Below, one piece after another: positions 45,635 through 55,584 of a stretch of 64,000 nucleotides of DNA. Below the pieces are notes generated by a model, which was not told the origin of the DNA, did no database searches, and worked only from the letters and a program-made list of their open reading frames with translations. The position numbers and the translations under genes are program-made. This DNA comes from an uncultured Bdellovibrio sp. (GTDB taxonomy: Bacteria > Bdellovibrionota > Bdellovibrionia > Bdellovibrionales > Bdellovibrionaceae). The stretch's first letter is position 1, and each line of letters starts with the position of its first letter. Location: contig CAWVRN010000003.1 of assembly GCA_963932905.1 (NCBI GenBank), forward strand, positions 220,386 to 284,385. Direction: 5' to 3'.

Positions 45635-48600
45635 ATGAAGAATTTCGTCATATTAGCGTGCTTCTTTTCAATCTTAATCTCGTGTGTATCCAGCCAGAAA
45701 GCAACTGACCGGGATCCTCAATCTGAATCTGCTGTGAAAAAAGAATATTTAGAAGTCTATCAATCTCGTTTACTTCCAAAAATCGCGGAGTCGTTAGCTT
45801 GGCGACAAAAGAGCTTGAAGCTCGACGCCATTATTAAAGAACGCGTTAGTAAAGACACACCGATGTCATCCCAAGAAACCGATGATTTTTTTGAAACCGC
45901 GCGGGAATATCTAAGTATACGCAAACCATTATTTGGCATCGTTAATCAGTTTCAGTATTTAGTGGCTCCAAAAGCACAAACAAAAGTCACCTTGAGCGAA
46001 GCCTCGGTAGATAAAACTACCGGCGATTTAACGTTTATTTTGAATCCAAAAGATGCCAAGGGTCGCGACACTCTATTTGGATTAAGAATGTCATTGGCAG
46101 CTGCACTTGTCCTGTATGATAATTTTCTAGTAGGCATCAATCCTCACTATGATAATCCAGCGGCACGTAAGAAACTAAAATTTGATACGAAGCCAATTTA
46201 CAAAAGTGCATTTGATGAAATCACAAAAAGTTTTGTCGATCCTGACCAACGAAAAATGTTGGCACGGGCAATGAACTTATTCGCTGCTGATAACAATTTA
46301 AAAAATCAGTACAAAATTGAAGTGTCTAAAGAGGAAGAAAATCTAAACACGCTTATCCTAAACAGTGCGTTCTACAACTTTATGCTAAAAGATGGCGATC
46401 TAGCAGATCCTTGGAGTGAACGTTGGGAGCGCCGTAAGCGCGACCTGTCCGATATGACAAACTACGCAGCCCGTGCGAGCACTTTTGCCATTAGCTTCCT
46501 GTTTGGGAACGCGGCCGGAGCCGTAAAAATTGAAAACAGAGACGGCTACCTTAGCAAGCTGTCTAATCAAGAAAAGAACTATATCAAATCAAAACTTCAA
46601 CCATTCGATATTCTTTTAGAAAAAACTCCCTTCCGTGCGACTGACAAATTCATCCCAGGCTACTATGGCCACGTTGCAGTCTATTTGGGCTCAAAAGAAC
46701 AATTAGTGTCCGCTGGACTATGGAACTACTTCCGACCTGAAATGAAAAAGCAAATCGAAAAAGGAGAAACTATTCTAGAAGCGCTTCGTTATGATCCACG
46801 CAAAGGCTTATCTAGAAAGGCATTAGAAGGCGTTCAATTGAATTCACTAGAACACTTCTTAGATATCGATGAATTGCTTGTTCTTCGCAGCGTTCAACCA
46901 CTAACCGAAGATCAAAAAGTAATGTACGCTAAAAATGCGGCTGAGCAATTCGGTAAGCCTTACGATTTTAACTTTGACGTTAACACGAAAGAGAAAATCG
47001 TTTGTTCTGAATTAGCTTATGTTATCTTTACGGACTTAAGCTGGCCAACCGCAAAAAGTGCTGGTCGTCACACCATCAGTCCGGATCACGTAATGGCGCA
47101 AGCTTTTCCAAATAAACCCCTACATCCGATTTTAATGTACGACAAAAATCGCGAATTAAAAGAACACTCAGAAAAGCTTGATCTTGCAAAAGAACTTTAC
47201 CGCAACATTCAAGGTACATACTCAAGCATGGTTTACAAAGAAGAAAGCATTTATAGAAGATACATGAATGATCCACAAGAAATTATCCACCTATCAAGCG
47301 GTATTGCGGCATTAGAAAAACGACTTCAAATGATTCGTTCAGCAAAAAATACGATTGATTTAGAGTACTTTATTTATAAAGCAGACTCAGACCCCGCCGC
47401 ACGCATTTTGACTCAAGCGTTAATTGAAAAAGCCAAAGAGTCTTCTCAAGCCGATCCGTCAAAAAATATTTCGGTCCGCGTTCTTATTGATGCCTCAGCC
47501 ACGGTATTAAAACTAAAGGACGACTATGCCACAGTACTCAAAGAAAATAACATCAAGGTTCGTTATTACAATAATGAAGAGAGTCCGATCTCTAATTTCA
47601 TGAAAGTAAATCAACGCAACCACAGAAAATCGTTAGTTGTTGACGGCAAAGAAGCAATTACCGGAGGACGTAATATTGGCTCCGAGTATTTTGATCTATC
47701 ACCGGAATACAATTTTCTAGATACAGACATATACATCAAAGGAACAATGGCACAAGTTCTACAAGAAAGCTTCGAAGCCTACTGGCACAGTCCATTAAGT
47801 GCAGAACCACTCTATGTCCTTCCAAAGGGTAAAAACGGAAAAGACGATCCATCTTATAAAAAGAAAATGCAAAGAGCACATAGCTTGATTGTTCCTGACC
47901 CCCGCGACTATGCCTTCAAAAAGACAATCGAATCATGGGGGCAAAAATTATTAGCGACACAATACAAGGGCGTATGCACAGATTCAACGTTTGCATCTGA
48001 CTTTCCTAGCGACACAAAAGATTCTCGTCGCACATTCAACACAATTAAAGATATCGTATCTAATGCCAAGCAATCTTTGGATATAGAATCGCCCTACTTC
48101 GTAATTACAGAAAAGGGAAAGAACATATTTGGTGCGCTATTAGCAATCCCTGGTTTCAAAATGTCTGTTCAAACAAACAGTCTACAATCCACAGATGCCA
48201 GTTACACGGTGGCCGCTCTTCAACCCATGGTTAGTCAATTAACATCGGCAGGTATCAATATGTACTTATACCGCGGGGATGCTCCCAATTATATTGAATA
48301 TCCAACCTTCCAAAATAGAGAGCCAGCCACCTGGGGAACACACTCTAAACGCGCCGTTGTTGATGGCCACACAACTTTAATTGGCACGTATAACGTGGAC
48401 CCTCGTTCAACGAACTTGAATAACGAAATGGTTTTTGTTTGCCATAACAATCCAGGACTTGCCCAAAATGTTTTAGCTGACATGAATGCTCGTCGTAACC
48501 AGTCAGTACTATTAGGGAAAGATGGCTTACCGATAGATAAATCAAACAAATTTCAAGGCGCTTCGACAAACAAAAAAATTCAGTACTATCTTTTTAAAGG

Positions 48601-48637
48601 CATAGTTAAAATCCCGGCTTTCAAACAACTTCTGTGA
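45635..48637 (+). CDS. Lipoprotein fusion: permuted papain-like (YiiX/YebB, C92) domain plus phospholipase D (two HKD) domain
   Basis: Lipobox LISC; PGYYGHVAVY, YDFNFD...IVCSEL; HRKSLVVD and HSKRAVVD with GGRN / GTYN.DPRS..LN.E. Confidence 0.85.
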   Translation: MKNFVILACFFSILISCVSSQKATDRDPQSESAVKKEYLEVYQSRLLPKIAESLAWRQKSLKLDAIIKERVSKDTPMSSQETDDFFETAREYLSIRKPLFGIVNQFQYLVAPKAQTKVTLSEASVDKTTGDLTFILNPKDAKGRDTLFGLRMSLAAALVLYDNFLVGINPHYDNPAARKKLKFDTKPIYKSAFDEITKSFVDPDQRKMLARAMNLFAADNNLKNQYKIEVSKEEENLNTLILNSAFYNFMLKDGDLADPWSERWERRKRDLSDMTNYAARASTFAISFLFGNAAGAVKIENRDGYLSKLSNQEKNYIKSKLQPFDILLEKTPFRATDKFIPGYYGHVAVYLGSKEQLVSAGLWNYFRPEMKKQIEKGETILEALRYDPRKGLSRKALEGVQLNSLEHFLDIDELLVLRSVQPLTEDQKVMYAKNAAEQFGKPYDFNFDVNTKEKIVCSELAYVIFTDLSWPTAKSAGRHTISPDHVMAQAFPNKPLHPILMYDKNRELKEHSEKLDLAKELYRNIQGTYSSMVYKEESIYRRYMNDPQEIIHLSSGIAALEKRLQMIRSAKNTIDLEYFIYKADSDPAARILTQALIEKAKESSQADPSKNISVRVLIDASATVLKLKDDYATVLKENNIKVRYYNNEESPISNFMKVNQRNHRKSLVVDGKEAITGGRNIGSEYFDLSPEYNFLDTDIYIKGTMAQVLQESFEAYWHSPLSAEPLYVLPKGKNGKDDPSYKKKMQRAHSLIVPDPRDYAFKKTIESWGQKLLATQYKGVCTDSTFASDFPSDTKDSRRTFNTIKDIVSNAKQSLDIESPYFVITEKGKNIFGALLAIPGFKMSVQTNSLQSTDASYTVAALQPMVSQLTSAGINMYLYRGDAPNYIEYPTFQNREPATWGTHSKRAVVDGHTTLIGTYNVDPRSTNLNNEMVFVCHNNPGLAQNVLADMNARRNQSVLLGKDGLPIDKSNKFQGASTNKKIQYYLFKGIVKIPAFKQLL

Positions 48638-48656
48638 CAACAAAGTGTCGGCAGAA

Positions 48657-49238
48657 CTAATGTTTCTTGCCGACTTTAGCACGACATTCAAAAACTTTTG
48701 CCGGTGGGGCGTTTAAAAACACCCATCGCGATGTGACTTCAAACCGCTCTTCCAATTGTCGACGAAACTGCTTACCGGCTGGAGTTAAAAGCGCATTACA
48801 AACCATATAGGTTTTAAAATAGCCACCCTTCTCAAGGTGGTTCGCAATTTCATTTAAGATATTTTTCCTCATGTAGTCGTCAAACAACGACCAAGGCAAA
48901 GTCGATACGATCAAATCGAACTTTCTATTTTTTGTGTAGTCAGAAATAGATTCCGCCGAGGCACAAACAAACTGAAAGTCTTTGTATTCTTTTGTAACGT
49001 AATTAAATAGATCACTATTGATTTCAAATCCCAAGTACTTGTCTTTACTTTTCATCACTGAGTAGGCGCGTTTGGTAACGGCCCCTGCCCCCACACCCAA
49101 CTCTAAAACCGAGCAGTGATTGTCTAGCTTCAACGGCGACAATAATCGATTCACTGTCGCCGGTGCGGTTTGAAACAAAGTGGAAATTTGAAGCGGTTCC
49201 TTAATAGCAGCTTTTAGAAAATGTAACGATGCCGACAT
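48657..49238 (-). CDS. SAM-dependent methyltransferase, phospholipid N-methyltransferase (PmtA-like)
   Basis: VLELGVGAGAVT, EIN, VSTLPW, N.PPA motifs. Confidence 0.8.
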   Translation of the reverse strand: MSASLHFLKAAIKEPLQISTLFQTAPATVNRLLSPLKLDNHCSVLELGVGAGAVTKRAYSVMKSKDKYLGFEINSDLFNYVTKEYKDFQFVCASAESISDYTKNRKFDLIVSTLPWSLFDDYMRKNILNEIANHLEKGGYFKTYMVCNALLTPAGKQFRRQLEERFEVTSRWVFLNAPPAKVFECRAKVGKKH

Positions 49239-49241
49239 AGC

Positions 49242-50303
49242 CTATTCAAACTCTTCTTCGATACTTGTGCCTTCATTTACACCGCGAACTTCGTCAATAA
49301 AGCTCTGTGTTTCTTCTTCAAAATCTCCATCCAGATTCGACTCATCGATCTCCAGTTCTTGGATAGCGGCTAAGAAATCTTTTTGGCTGCGTAAATCACG
49401 TCGGATCATTTCTAGGAATTTATCTGGGTAACGTGATGTTAATTCTTCGATATAACGACCAAGTTTGCCATCCTGAAGGATTTTTTTACGTACTTGGATA
49501 TTTTTCCAGAACAACAAGTAATGGAAACGGCAATACCCGTCTACCGTAGAAACCTGATCGCAATCACGTGAACGGCAAAGTTTATTACCATCCGCATCTG
49601 TTAACTCGATGTCTTCGTATTTTTTCTCTTTTGTTTCTGCTTCCAGCAACAAATCATCATCAGTTTCGTTATCAAGTTCTTCAACGGCTTTTAACTCGTC
49701 CTCATACTCTTCGATCTCGTTACTGCCTGAATCATCGATAAATACGTCGTCTAGTTCGTTTTCTTCTTTAGGTTTTTTTGCTTTACGGCCCGGTGACGAT
49801 GCCACCTTGGCATCTGCTTTTTTAGCTTTATTAGCCTCAGCTACTACCGCCGGCGTTTTACCTTTAGCCACGACCGGAGTCGCTTCTGGTTTTCCACCTT
49901 GTTGCTTACGAAGAAGCTGAGACTTCTCATGCTCTTTTTTCTTCAATTCTTTTTTATTTAGGTATTCTTGTTTGCTCGATTGCTCGATGCGAACTTCTTT
50001 TTTGGCGAACTTAGGAGCTGGCTGATGGCCGGCGCCTGTTTTTTTAGCATCGAACTTTTTACCGTTGAAGCCAGGGTTTGGCGCAAACTTTTGAGGTTTG
50101 CTGTCTTTAGCGCCCTTCTGCATAGGCTTTTGCGTCTTGTCAAATTTGCCGGTGGGCTTGAAGTCTTTCTTTTTCAGGTCCAGCTTCTTTTTAGGCCCTT
50201 TATTGATAACTGTAGGCTTTGCCGCCATTTTTGGGGCTGGCTTAGCCTTGTTACTTGATGCGTTAGCTTTGTGCGTCGGTTTTTTCTTGTCTATTTTTGC
50301 CAT
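49242..50303 (-). CDS. Hypothetical protein: Lys-rich N-terminus, acidic linker, Cys/His zinc-finger-like C-terminal domain
   Basis: Composition; LCRSRDC...GYCRFHY. Confidence 0.75.
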   Translation of the reverse strand: MAKIDKKKPTHKANASSNKAKPAPKMAAKPTVINKGPKKKLDLKKKDFKPTGKFDKTQKPMQKGAKDSKPQKFAPNPGFNGKKFDAKKTGAGHQPAPKFAKKEVRIEQSSKQEYLNKKELKKKEHEKSQLLRKQQGGKPEATPVVAKGKTPAVVAEANKAKKADAKVASSPGRKAKKPKEENELDDVFIDDSGSNEIEEYEDELKAVEELDNETDDDLLLEAETKEKKYEDIELTDADGNKLCRSRDCDQVSTVDGYCRFHYLLFWKNIQVRKKILQDGKLGRYIEELTSRYPDKFLEMIRRDLRSQKDFLAAIQELEIDESNLDGDFEEETQSFIDEVRGVNEGTSIEEEFE

Positions 50304-50345
50304 GAATAAGCCTTCATTTACAATCGAACTTAAGTCAACCCCAAG

Positions 50346-51317
50346 TTATCGCACGATAATCGCCGCGTTAACAGTTTTTGCTTCCAACCGCGCCGCCGAC
50401 TTTTCACCCGATGTACGGCCTTTGTAAAAGGTCTCAGCTTTTACTTTCTGAGGCTTCATGGGTGATGGCAAATAGATATCACCCTCTTTAGAATTCAGAC
50501 TTAACCAAACCCCACCCACGCCGCTGGTGCCGTAGTTTAATTTTCCGTTCTTCATCTTGACGTTAAAGTCAGACTCTTTCGTCGCCTTTAAATCAATGTT
50601 CACTTCGTCGGTAACAATATCATGCCGTCCCTGCGATTGAGCAATAGCAACAGTGCCTTTCATCAACTCGATCTGTGAGCTGCCCGTGACGTCTTTTAAT
50701 GTCACGCCACCTTGGTAGTTAAATATAGAGCTATGACCGGTGTTCTTTTCCAGAACCACCGTTCCAGAATAGTTATTCACCTTGATGTCCGAGGACGAAT
50801 TTTTCATCCCAAATTTCACTTGCGACCCATTTAAAAACAGTGGCGCTGAGTGAGCATCTAAACTGACTTCGCCAGAATTTAAAAACACGCGCAGCTCACC
50901 TTGCGTTTTGAAACCCTTAACACTACCTTTAAACACAACCAATTTCACCGTGTTACGCAAATTATCTAACGTCACATCCAGGTCATTACCGCTGACAAAC
51001 AAAGGTAGCGCCGGCACTTTTAGCACTAGCCGCTCTTTTGGGCCTTCCTTAACACCTTCCGTAGGCGTGTGAAACAACTTAGAATCATAGTCTTTTTCTT
51101 CAACTATAAGGACACCATTGTCCTTGCGAAAATTCCAATTGCCTTTATCTTTCATCCCGACAAATTGGATTTTGGCAGCTCCCGATTCCTGAATTTTCAC
51201 ATCATGGCGATTTAATTTTATTTGTATAGAATTGTACTCTGAACCGATGGGCAGTTCCAAATTTTGAGCGTTTATTCTAAATCCGACAAGTAATAAGAGT
51301 ATGGCTTTTATGATCAT
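50346..51317 (-). CDS. Exported beta-repeat protein (DUF4097/adhesin-like)
   Basis: Signal peptide; repeated beta-strand x-G-x-V-x-L units. Confidence 0.7.
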   Translation of the reverse strand: MIIKAILLLLVGFRINAQNLELPIGSEYNSIQIKLNRHDVKIQESGAAKIQFVGMKDKGNWNFRKDNGVLIVEEKDYDSKLFHTPTEGVKEGPKERLVLKVPALPLFVSGNDLDVTLDNLRNTVKLVVFKGSVKGFKTQGELRVFLNSGEVSLDAHSAPLFLNGSQVKFGMKNSSSDIKVNNYSGTVVLEKNTGHSSIFNYQGGVTLKDVTGSSQIELMKGTVAIAQSQGRHDIVTDEVNIDLKATKESDFNVKMKNGKLNYGTSGVGGVWLSLNSKEGDIYLPSPMKPQKVKAETFYKGRTSGEKSAARLEAKTVNAAIIVR

Positions 51318-51371
51318 TGACTCTTATTTCAAGATTAATCATAGTCCTTGTCAAATAGTAAAGGAGAGATC

Positions 51372-52547
51372 ATGGATTCCGTTGTTATCGTAAATTCTAA
51401 AAGAACTGCAGTAGGTTCTTTTCAAGGCAGTTTATCTTCATTACCAGCACCAAAATTAGGCGCTCAAGTAATCAAAAACTTATTAGAAACAACTAACATC
51501 AAAAAAGAAGAAGTTGATGAAGTTATCATGGGCGAAGTTTTAACAGCAGGCGTAGGACAAGCTCCGGCTCGTCAAGCGGCGATCTATGCAGGATTAACTC
51601 CAGCTACTGTTTGTATGACCATCAACAAAGTGTGCGGATCGGGTTTAAAAGCCGTGATGCTAGCTGCGGATTCTATCCGCCTTGGCCATTCTAAAATCGC
51701 TATTGCCGGTGGACAAGAATCTATGTCCCTAGCGCCTCACTTACTTGAAAATTCACGCTCGGGTTTCCGCATGGGGCCGGCCAGCATGACAGACTCAATG
51801 ATCAAAGACGGTCTTTGGGATCCATATGGAAATGTACATATGGGTAACTTAGGCGACCTATGCGCGACTGAATTCCATTTCACACGCGAAATGCAAGATC
51901 AATTCACAGTAGAATCTTACAAAAATGCACAAGCCGCTGTAGAAAAAGGTGTTTTCAAAAATGAAATCGTTCCCGTTTCTATCGAAACTAAAAAAGGAAC
52001 CACGATCGTTGAAAAAGACGATGAGCCGTTCAACACTCAATTCGAAAAAATTCCGACATTAAAACCAGTTTTCAATAAAGATGGTTCTATCACGGCAGCC
52101 AATGCTTCTAAAATCAATGATGGCGCGGCTGCTCATGTTTTAATGTCAGAAGAAACGGCGAAGCAAAAAGGCATCAAACCCTTGGCGCGTATCGTAGCGC
52201 AAGCAACGTTCGCTCAAGATCCTAAATACTTCACAACAGCTCCGGTCGGCGCGATCAAAAAAGCGTTAAACCAAGCTAACTTAAAAGTAGCTGACATCAA
52301 CATGTGGGAAATCAACGAAGCATTCAGCGTTGTAACGCTTGCGGCGATGAAGCAGCTTGAGATTCCTCGCGATCGCGTAAACGTTCACGGCGGCGCGGTT
52401 TCTATTGGTCACCCCATCGGCGCTAGCGGTGCTCGTATATTGACTACGTTAGTTCATGGTTTACACACTCGCAATCAACGTTATGGTTTAGCTACCCTAT
52501 GTATTGGTGGCGGCGAAGCCGTAGCTGTGATCATCGAAAAAATGTAA
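51372..52547 (+). CDS. Acetyl-CoA C-acetyltransferase (thiolase)
   Basis: INKVCGSG, EINEAF, GHPIGASG, LCIGGG; AAGGAG RBS before ATG 51372. Confidence 0.97.
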   Translation: MDSVVIVNSKRTAVGSFQGSLSSLPAPKLGAQVIKNLLETTNIKKEEVDEVIMGEVLTAGVGQAPARQAAIYAGLTPATVCMTINKVCGSGLKAVMLAADSIRLGHSKIAIAGGQESMSLAPHLLENSRSGFRMGPASMTDSMIKDGLWDPYGNVHMGNLGDLCATEFHFTREMQDQFTVESYKNAQAAVEKGVFKNEIVPVSIETKKGTTIVEKDDEPFNTQFEKIPTLKPVFNKDGSITAANASKINDGAAAHVLMSEETAKQKGIKPLARIVAQATFAQDPKYFTTAPVGAIKKALNQANLKVADINMWEINEAFSVVTLAAMKQLEIPRDRVNVHGGAVSIGHPIGASGARILTTLVHGLHTRNQRYGLATLCIGGGEAVAVIIEKM

Positions 52548-52577
52548 CTTAGATTATTTTAAAATCCCCTTTCGGGT

Positions 52578-52615
52578 AAAAAAAAAGACTAGGCTATAAA
52601 CCTAGTCTTTTTTTT
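52578..52615. terminator. Bidirectional rho-independent terminator
   Basis: A run-GACTAGG-CTATAAA-CCTAGTC-T run between convergent genes. Confidence 0.88.
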
Positions 52616-52635
52616 ATTTTAAGATTCGTTGCCTC

Positions 52636-54417
52636 TTAGAAAGAAACGATATCAAGGTCAGACAATGTGATTTTGACCTTTTTTGATTTTTCTAGAATAG
52701 ATTTACGAGCATCATTTGATTTTAACACTTTCGTATCCGATGCCAGCGCCACTTTCATTTGGCTCGATGTCGGCACGATAGTTTTATACAATTCCGTCGC
52801 TTCGTTTTGATTGTTTTTCAATACAGCGATACGAGCCAACAATAACGAATGAATCGCTTTATCGTTCTCGCCCTTAAAGACCGCTTTTGAACGCTCAAGA
52901 ACGGCTTGCGCTTCTGTTAAATACTGCTCAGACTTACCTTCTGTCGACGCGTAGAGTTTTAACAACATCGCCGCATAAACTGAATTCAACCCTGCATCCT
53001 TTGAATAGGCAGCGACGGCTTGTTTTAGATGGTTCGACATAACCGCAAGATCAGCTTTTTGACTACTTTCTGTCATTGCGGCGCGAACATGATGATCGAC
53101 TTCTAAAACAGCGGCATCATAAACTACCGAAGGGTGATGAACAGCAGCTTCATAGGTCGAAAAATCAGTTTTAAAATCTAGAGGTAACTTTACGTACACC
53201 CCCGAAGATGGTTTCGTATTAATTCTAGATGCTAAACCGTAATATAAAGTGTGGTCCTTAGCCGAAACAACAACAGACATGATATTGCTAAATTTCGAAA
53301 GAGAAATAAAACTATTAGCCCCTGTTGCTGGCTGAGTACGTCGCCCTAATAAATTGATAGCACTATCGGGATCAATGATTTTGTTGGCGTCTAAAGCTTC
53401 ACGCAATGCCGCTTTTCTCATAATCGAGCTTTGAATGTAATTGTAGTTAGCAAAGAACTCATCCGATTTGATTTCTTTTGAAATGGCGTGATTTGTTTCA
53501 CCTAAACCGGAACCTTGAAGTTCGTGAAAGAATTCACCTTTAGGTGAAACTTCGGCCAGAAAACCAGAGTTATCTGATTCCGACCCTACGATGATTTTCC
53601 ATGGGGTTGTGAATTTTTTAGATTGAATGATTTGACGAGCTTCTGCCAAACTATGGGCGCGACGGGCCACTTCATCCACCACATTTAGAATCAAATCACC
53701 CACTGGATTTAATTGATTAGCGGTTAACTGATGCAATGAAATCATTACGCCACTTTGATTGTAGGCCGTGTGCGTACCGGGTAAACCCAGAGCCGTCATT
53801 TGAATATAAGGAATATCTTTAGGATCCGTAGAATGAAGATAAACAACCGCCGGGTAACGATCGAAATAACCCACACCGCCAAATTCTAAATTTCTACCAA
53901 ACAACAATCCAGGATTTTGCGCTGACTTTGGAGCGACAAACGAAGAACAACCAAACTCAGGAACCTCAACCGCTGTTTCGTTTTTGCCATATTGGACTGA
54001 CGCCAACATTTCGCCGAAATCAGGATAGTACAGTGCTTTAAAAACTTGTTTAGCCGGCACGTTCATACCTTGAGCAAATGCAATGTAAGCTTTCTGATCT
54101 TCTTTGCTCATTTTCATTTTTAATAAAACATCTAACGAGCCAGAAACAACGCCAACACCGAGTTTACTTTTTAGCTTTTCATCTAAGGCTTTATCCATTA
54201 CAGAGGAAAAAAACTGCAGCGGTGAATTAGCTTGAATATTTTTCGCTGCAAAGAAACCATGCGCGCGCATCATTTCTTCACGTGTACCGTGCAGATCTAA
54301 AACGTATAGACCATTGTAATAGTGTAGAGTGGAATTTTCATAAAAATCTATCTTCTTAGCCTGTGCTGACGAAAAACCAACAAACAGCGCTAAGGCTAAA
54401 AACAAAATATTCTTCAT
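52636..54417 (-). CDS. Secreted C45 family (AAT-like) Ntn-hydrolase with helical C-terminal extension
   Basis: Signal peptide; G|CSSF autoprocessing site, FGRNLEF, N..G, ETNH. Confidence 0.8.
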   Translation of the reverse strand: MKNILFLALALFVGFSSAQAKKIDFYENSTLHYYNGLYVLDLHGTREEMMRAHGFFAAKNIQANSPLQFFSSVMDKALDEKLKSKLGVGVVSGSLDVLLKMKMSKEDQKAYIAFAQGMNVPAKQVFKALYYPDFGEMLASVQYGKNETAVEVPEFGCSSFVAPKSAQNPGLLFGRNLEFGGVGYFDRYPAVVYLHSTDPKDIPYIQMTALGLPGTHTAYNQSGVMISLHQLTANQLNPVGDLILNVVDEVARRAHSLAEARQIIQSKKFTTPWKIIVGSESDNSGFLAEVSPKGEFFHELQGSGLGETNHAISKEIKSDEFFANYNYIQSSIMRKAALREALDANKIIDPDSAINLLGRRTQPATGANSFISLSKFSNIMSVVVSAKDHTLYYGLASRINTKPSSGVYVKLPLDFKTDFSTYEAAVHHPSVVYDAAVLEVDHHVRAAMTESSQKADLAVMSNHLKQAVAAYSKDAGLNSVYAAMLLKLYASTEGKSEQYLTEAQAVLERSKAVFKGENDKAIHSLLLARIAVLKNNQNEATELYKTIVPTSSQMKVALASDTKVLKSNDARKSILEKSKKVKITLSDLDIVSF

Positions 54418-54572
54418 TGAGCCTCCATGAACCCTGAACGTTAAGATAAATTTAAAAAGTCATCAAGACAAAAAAGCACCTTCTTTCGCAAAATCCGTCA
54501 CCGATCTACCAGCAACGTCTCACTCAAGGACAAACTTCGTTTTAAATTGAGACAGTTTACAGTTATAACACA

Positions 54573-54586
54573 GGCCCGCTCCTTGC
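54573..54586 (+). promoter_or_regulatory. Sigma54 promoter
   Basis: AGGCCCGCTCCTTGC = GG-N10-GC with TTGC, 33 nt before ATG 54620; GTCTCA and TGAGAC half-sites upstream (54517, 54548). Confidence 0.6.
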
Positions 54587-54619
54587 TCTAACAATCTATA
54601 AGAAAACAAAGAGGTAGTT

Positions 54620-55459
54620 ATGAAGTATGTAATTGTTATACTGCCATTAGTGATGTCAGCTTTAAACGCATTTGCCATAAAGCTTGAGCATGTACCAATG
54701 GATAAAATGAATTTTGATGTTCAACCTAAAAATCGCACCTATCGCGACTGGATTGTAACGAAAATTCCAAGCAAATCACCACATTCAATTACCGATTATC
54801 GGTTAGATATCAAAATCAATAAAATGGATCGCAAGAAATTCAATCTATATAATTTTAGATTTTACGGCGATCGCATTGCGCCTTACTATTCAGAAAAAAC
54901 GTATAAAGCAGAGAACTTTTTGCCTAATTTCTTATCGCCAATATCAGCTCCTAGTTCAGAGGCTCGTTTACCTGAAACATCGACACTGGCAAGTGCAGTA
55001 CACTGGATGGAATGGCGCACAGGTAACCAAAAAAGTTATTTAAAAGATTCTCTTAATAATGTGCCGTCTGCCGACGTATCTCCTGATTTATTTGAACGTC
55101 TTATCGCCGATTTCGGCCAAGAAGTGACCCCAGAGAAAATGAAAACTGGCGACGTGGTTGTTATTTATGGAACTGACGACATTGACCAAATCCAAATGCC
55201 GTTAGCTAGCTATCTATACATCGGAAATGGTATTGTTTTAGAATCTAAAAAATCTAAAAATAAAAACTTTTCTAAATTTATTTACTTAAAGGATGTTCAG
55301 TCCTATTTCAAAACTCGATTAATAGACTATAGAATCAAAAGCTTCTCTGTTTTAACGAAAAAACCTTTATACTTATCTGAATACGTTAAGGATTCAAAAG
55401 AACAAGACTTAAATCTGGACCGACAGGCCGCCAAGGTTTTTAACGAAGACGTTTTATAA
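54620..55459 (+). CDS. Exported hypothetical protein
   Basis: Signal peptide (AFA), GAGG RBS. Confidence 0.7.
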   Translation: MKYVIVILPLVMSALNAFAIKLEHVPMDKMNFDVQPKNRTYRDWIVTKIPSKSPHSITDYRLDIKINKMDRKKFNLYNFRFYGDRIAPYYSEKTYKAENFLPNFLSPISAPSSEARLPETSTLASAVHWMEWRTGNQKSYLKDSLNNVPSADVSPDLFERLIADFGQEVTPEKMKTGDVVVIYGTDDIDQIQMPLASYLYIGNGIVLESKKSKNKNFSKFIYLKDVQSYFKTRLIDYRIKSFSVLTKKPLYLSEYVKDSKEQDLNLDRQAAKVFNEDVL

Positions 55460-55584
55460 AATAATATCAAATTGATACAGACACAACACGGCCAGATGCG
55501 TAGAGCATTTGGCCTTTTACTTTTCTGGACCCACACCAATGGGTTTGGTTTGCGCAAATCTAGTCCGTACGTCATAATAGGACT

